Made by a program: the position numbers and the translations under genes | Virus record (IMG/VR): IMGVR_UViG_3300031228_000015 | Location: 1-42,312 of that record | Direction: 5' to 3' (one strand) | DNA length: 42,312 bases | From: a virus | The notes under the pieces: model-generated | Seen by the model: only the letters and a program-made list of their open reading frames with translations | Database searches by the model: none | Told to the model about the DNA's origin: nothing | Shown here: positions 41,546-42,312 of the stretch, one piece after another | How the letters are laid out: each line of letters begins with the position of its first letter | How positions within the stretch are numbered: the stretch's first letter is position 1

Positions 41546-41760
41546 CGCGCGCCGGTCACCTCCGCTTCGCATCGGCCGGCAACGCGCGCCCGTGGGCCTT
41601 CCGTTCGCAAGCGCAGGACCCGGATCGCCGCCGCCACATCCACGGCCCCATCGTCCCTGCCGATGGCGCTCCGCTCCGCCTGGGGTGTGGAATGCCCCTG
41701 CTTGCCCTGGTGCTCAGCGTGGCGCTGTGGGCGCTCATCTGGTGGACTGTGGGGCGCTGA
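41542..41760 (+). CDS. Small protein with a C-terminal TM helix
   Basis: ATG at 41542 lies 7 nt after GGAGGTGG. C-terminus LLALVLSVALWALIWWTV. Confidence 0.45.
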   Translation: MTRAGHLRFASAGNARPWAFRSQAQDPDRRRHIHGPIVPADGAPLRLGCGMPLLALVLSVALWALIWWTVGR

Positions 41761-41801
41761 TTTTGTCTGGCGCCAATTATCTCAAGGAAAGGAATTGCAT
41801 C

Positions 41802-42312
41802 ATGTTCGATTTTTCGCAGATCACCGAAGTCCGCCTCGCCGCCGGGGCGCACGAATCGGCCGCCTCCGGTATGTGCTTCATGGAAATGGTCGCCTGGTTC
41901 AACGGTGAACAGCACAGCGATCGTCCGCAATGCGCATGCCCCGTGCTCGGCCGTTTCGGGATCAAGCTCAACGATGCTATGCCCGGCGATCTTCGTGACC
42001 GGCTGCTCAAGCCCGTCGTCCCCCTGATATCCGGCACGCGCGGATCGCTCGATGACCAGAAGCGCCGCGCGGAATTCCTGGTACTGTGGGCGGTCAACAG
42101 GGTACTGCCCGTGGTCCTGCGCATGCGCGGGCAGGAGGCCCGCGCGGTGGCTTGCGAAAACGCTCGCACCCTCGCGGAAGCACGCCAGGCCGCCGCCGCC
42201 ACCTACGCCAACGCCGCCGCCGCCGCCGCCACCTACGCCAACGCCGCCGCCGCCGCCGCCACCTACGCCAACGCCGCCGCCGCCGCCGCCACCTACGCCA
42301 ACGCCGCCGCCG
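41802..42312 (+). CDS. 5' part of the Ala-rich tandem-repeat protein gene (open at the window end; continues at 1..453)
   Basis: ATG at 41802 after AAGGAAAGGA. The N-terminal domain MFDFSQITEVRLAAGAHESAASGMCFMEMVAWFNGEQHSDRPQCACPVLGRF...LNDAMPGDLRDRLL runs into (AAAATYANAA)n with no stop. The frame agrees with frame 1 at the window start under 34-, 64- or 94-nt overlap. Confidence 0.7.
   Translation, partial: MFDFSQITEVRLAAGAHESAASGMCFMEMVAWFNGEQHSDRPQCACPVLGRFGIKLNDAMPGDLRDRLLKPVVPLISGTRGSLDDQKRRAEFLVLWAVNRVLPVVLRMRGQEARAVACENARTLAEARQAAAATYANAAAAAATYANAAAAAATYANAAAAAATYANAAA
42190..42312. repeat. Coding 30-bp tandem repeat (four TYAN units) at the window end
   Basis: Read directly. 42219-42312 is identical to 1-94. 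Confidence 0.95.

Noticed and set aside
1-42312. Integrase, excisionase, tRNA/attP, rRNA, reverse transcriptase (DGR/retron)
   Set aside because: I searched all ORFs and intergenic gaps by eye. No recombinase, RT motifs (YxDD) or cloverleaf-capable segments were recognised. Absence should be confirmed with tRNAscan-type and HMM tools.

Overview
The window reads as an essentially complete, circularly permuted ~42.2-kb genome of a GC-rich tailed phage or episomal prophage, probably with an alphaproteobacterial host (inference only). The first 94 nt are identical to the last 94 nt, and one ORF runs in frame across the window boundary. Two divergent arms start at an HTH/HTH switch near 37.95 kb. 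The long minus-strand arm (37905 down to 5472) carries, in order: a Cro-like regulator, a C5-methyltransferase relic, an N6/N4 DNA methyltransferase, SSB, a Prim-Pol/SF3 primase-helicase, an iteron origin, an HTH regulator, HNH, TerS/TerL, an HK97-type portal/protease/capsid, connector proteins, an RcGTA-like tail (TAC, tape measure, DUF2460, DUF2163, NlpC/P60, host-specificity protein, DUF2793 fibre), a secreted DUF1996 protein and a lysis cassette. The plus-strand accessory arm (37989 through the window end to 5475) carries a CI-like regulator, a beta sliding clamp, an XF1762-family protein, an Ala-rich tandem-repeat protein, a Lar-like protein and many small, translationally coupled ORFs. 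No integrase, partition genes, tRNA, rRNA or CRISPR were seen. The most notable items are: (1) a 3,074-bp IS1595-family transposon bounded by 25-bp IRs and an 8-bp palindromic TSD, carrying a DUF6471 regulator, a secreted/membrane protein, an orphan Panacea antitoxin-domain gene and a truncated ORF; (2) a diverged tandem duplication in the tail module, giving two paralogous putative receptor-binding proteins and an intact ORF for a truncated DUF2163 N-terminal fragment; (3) an iteron/AT-rich origin directly 3' of the primase-helicase gene; (4) an opposite-strand two-gene moron between the i-spanin and a lipoprotein (o-spanin-like) gene; (5) the boundary-spanning (A5-6-T-Y-A-N)n repeat protein. 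All family assignments come from reading the translations and recalling motifs. No searches were run.
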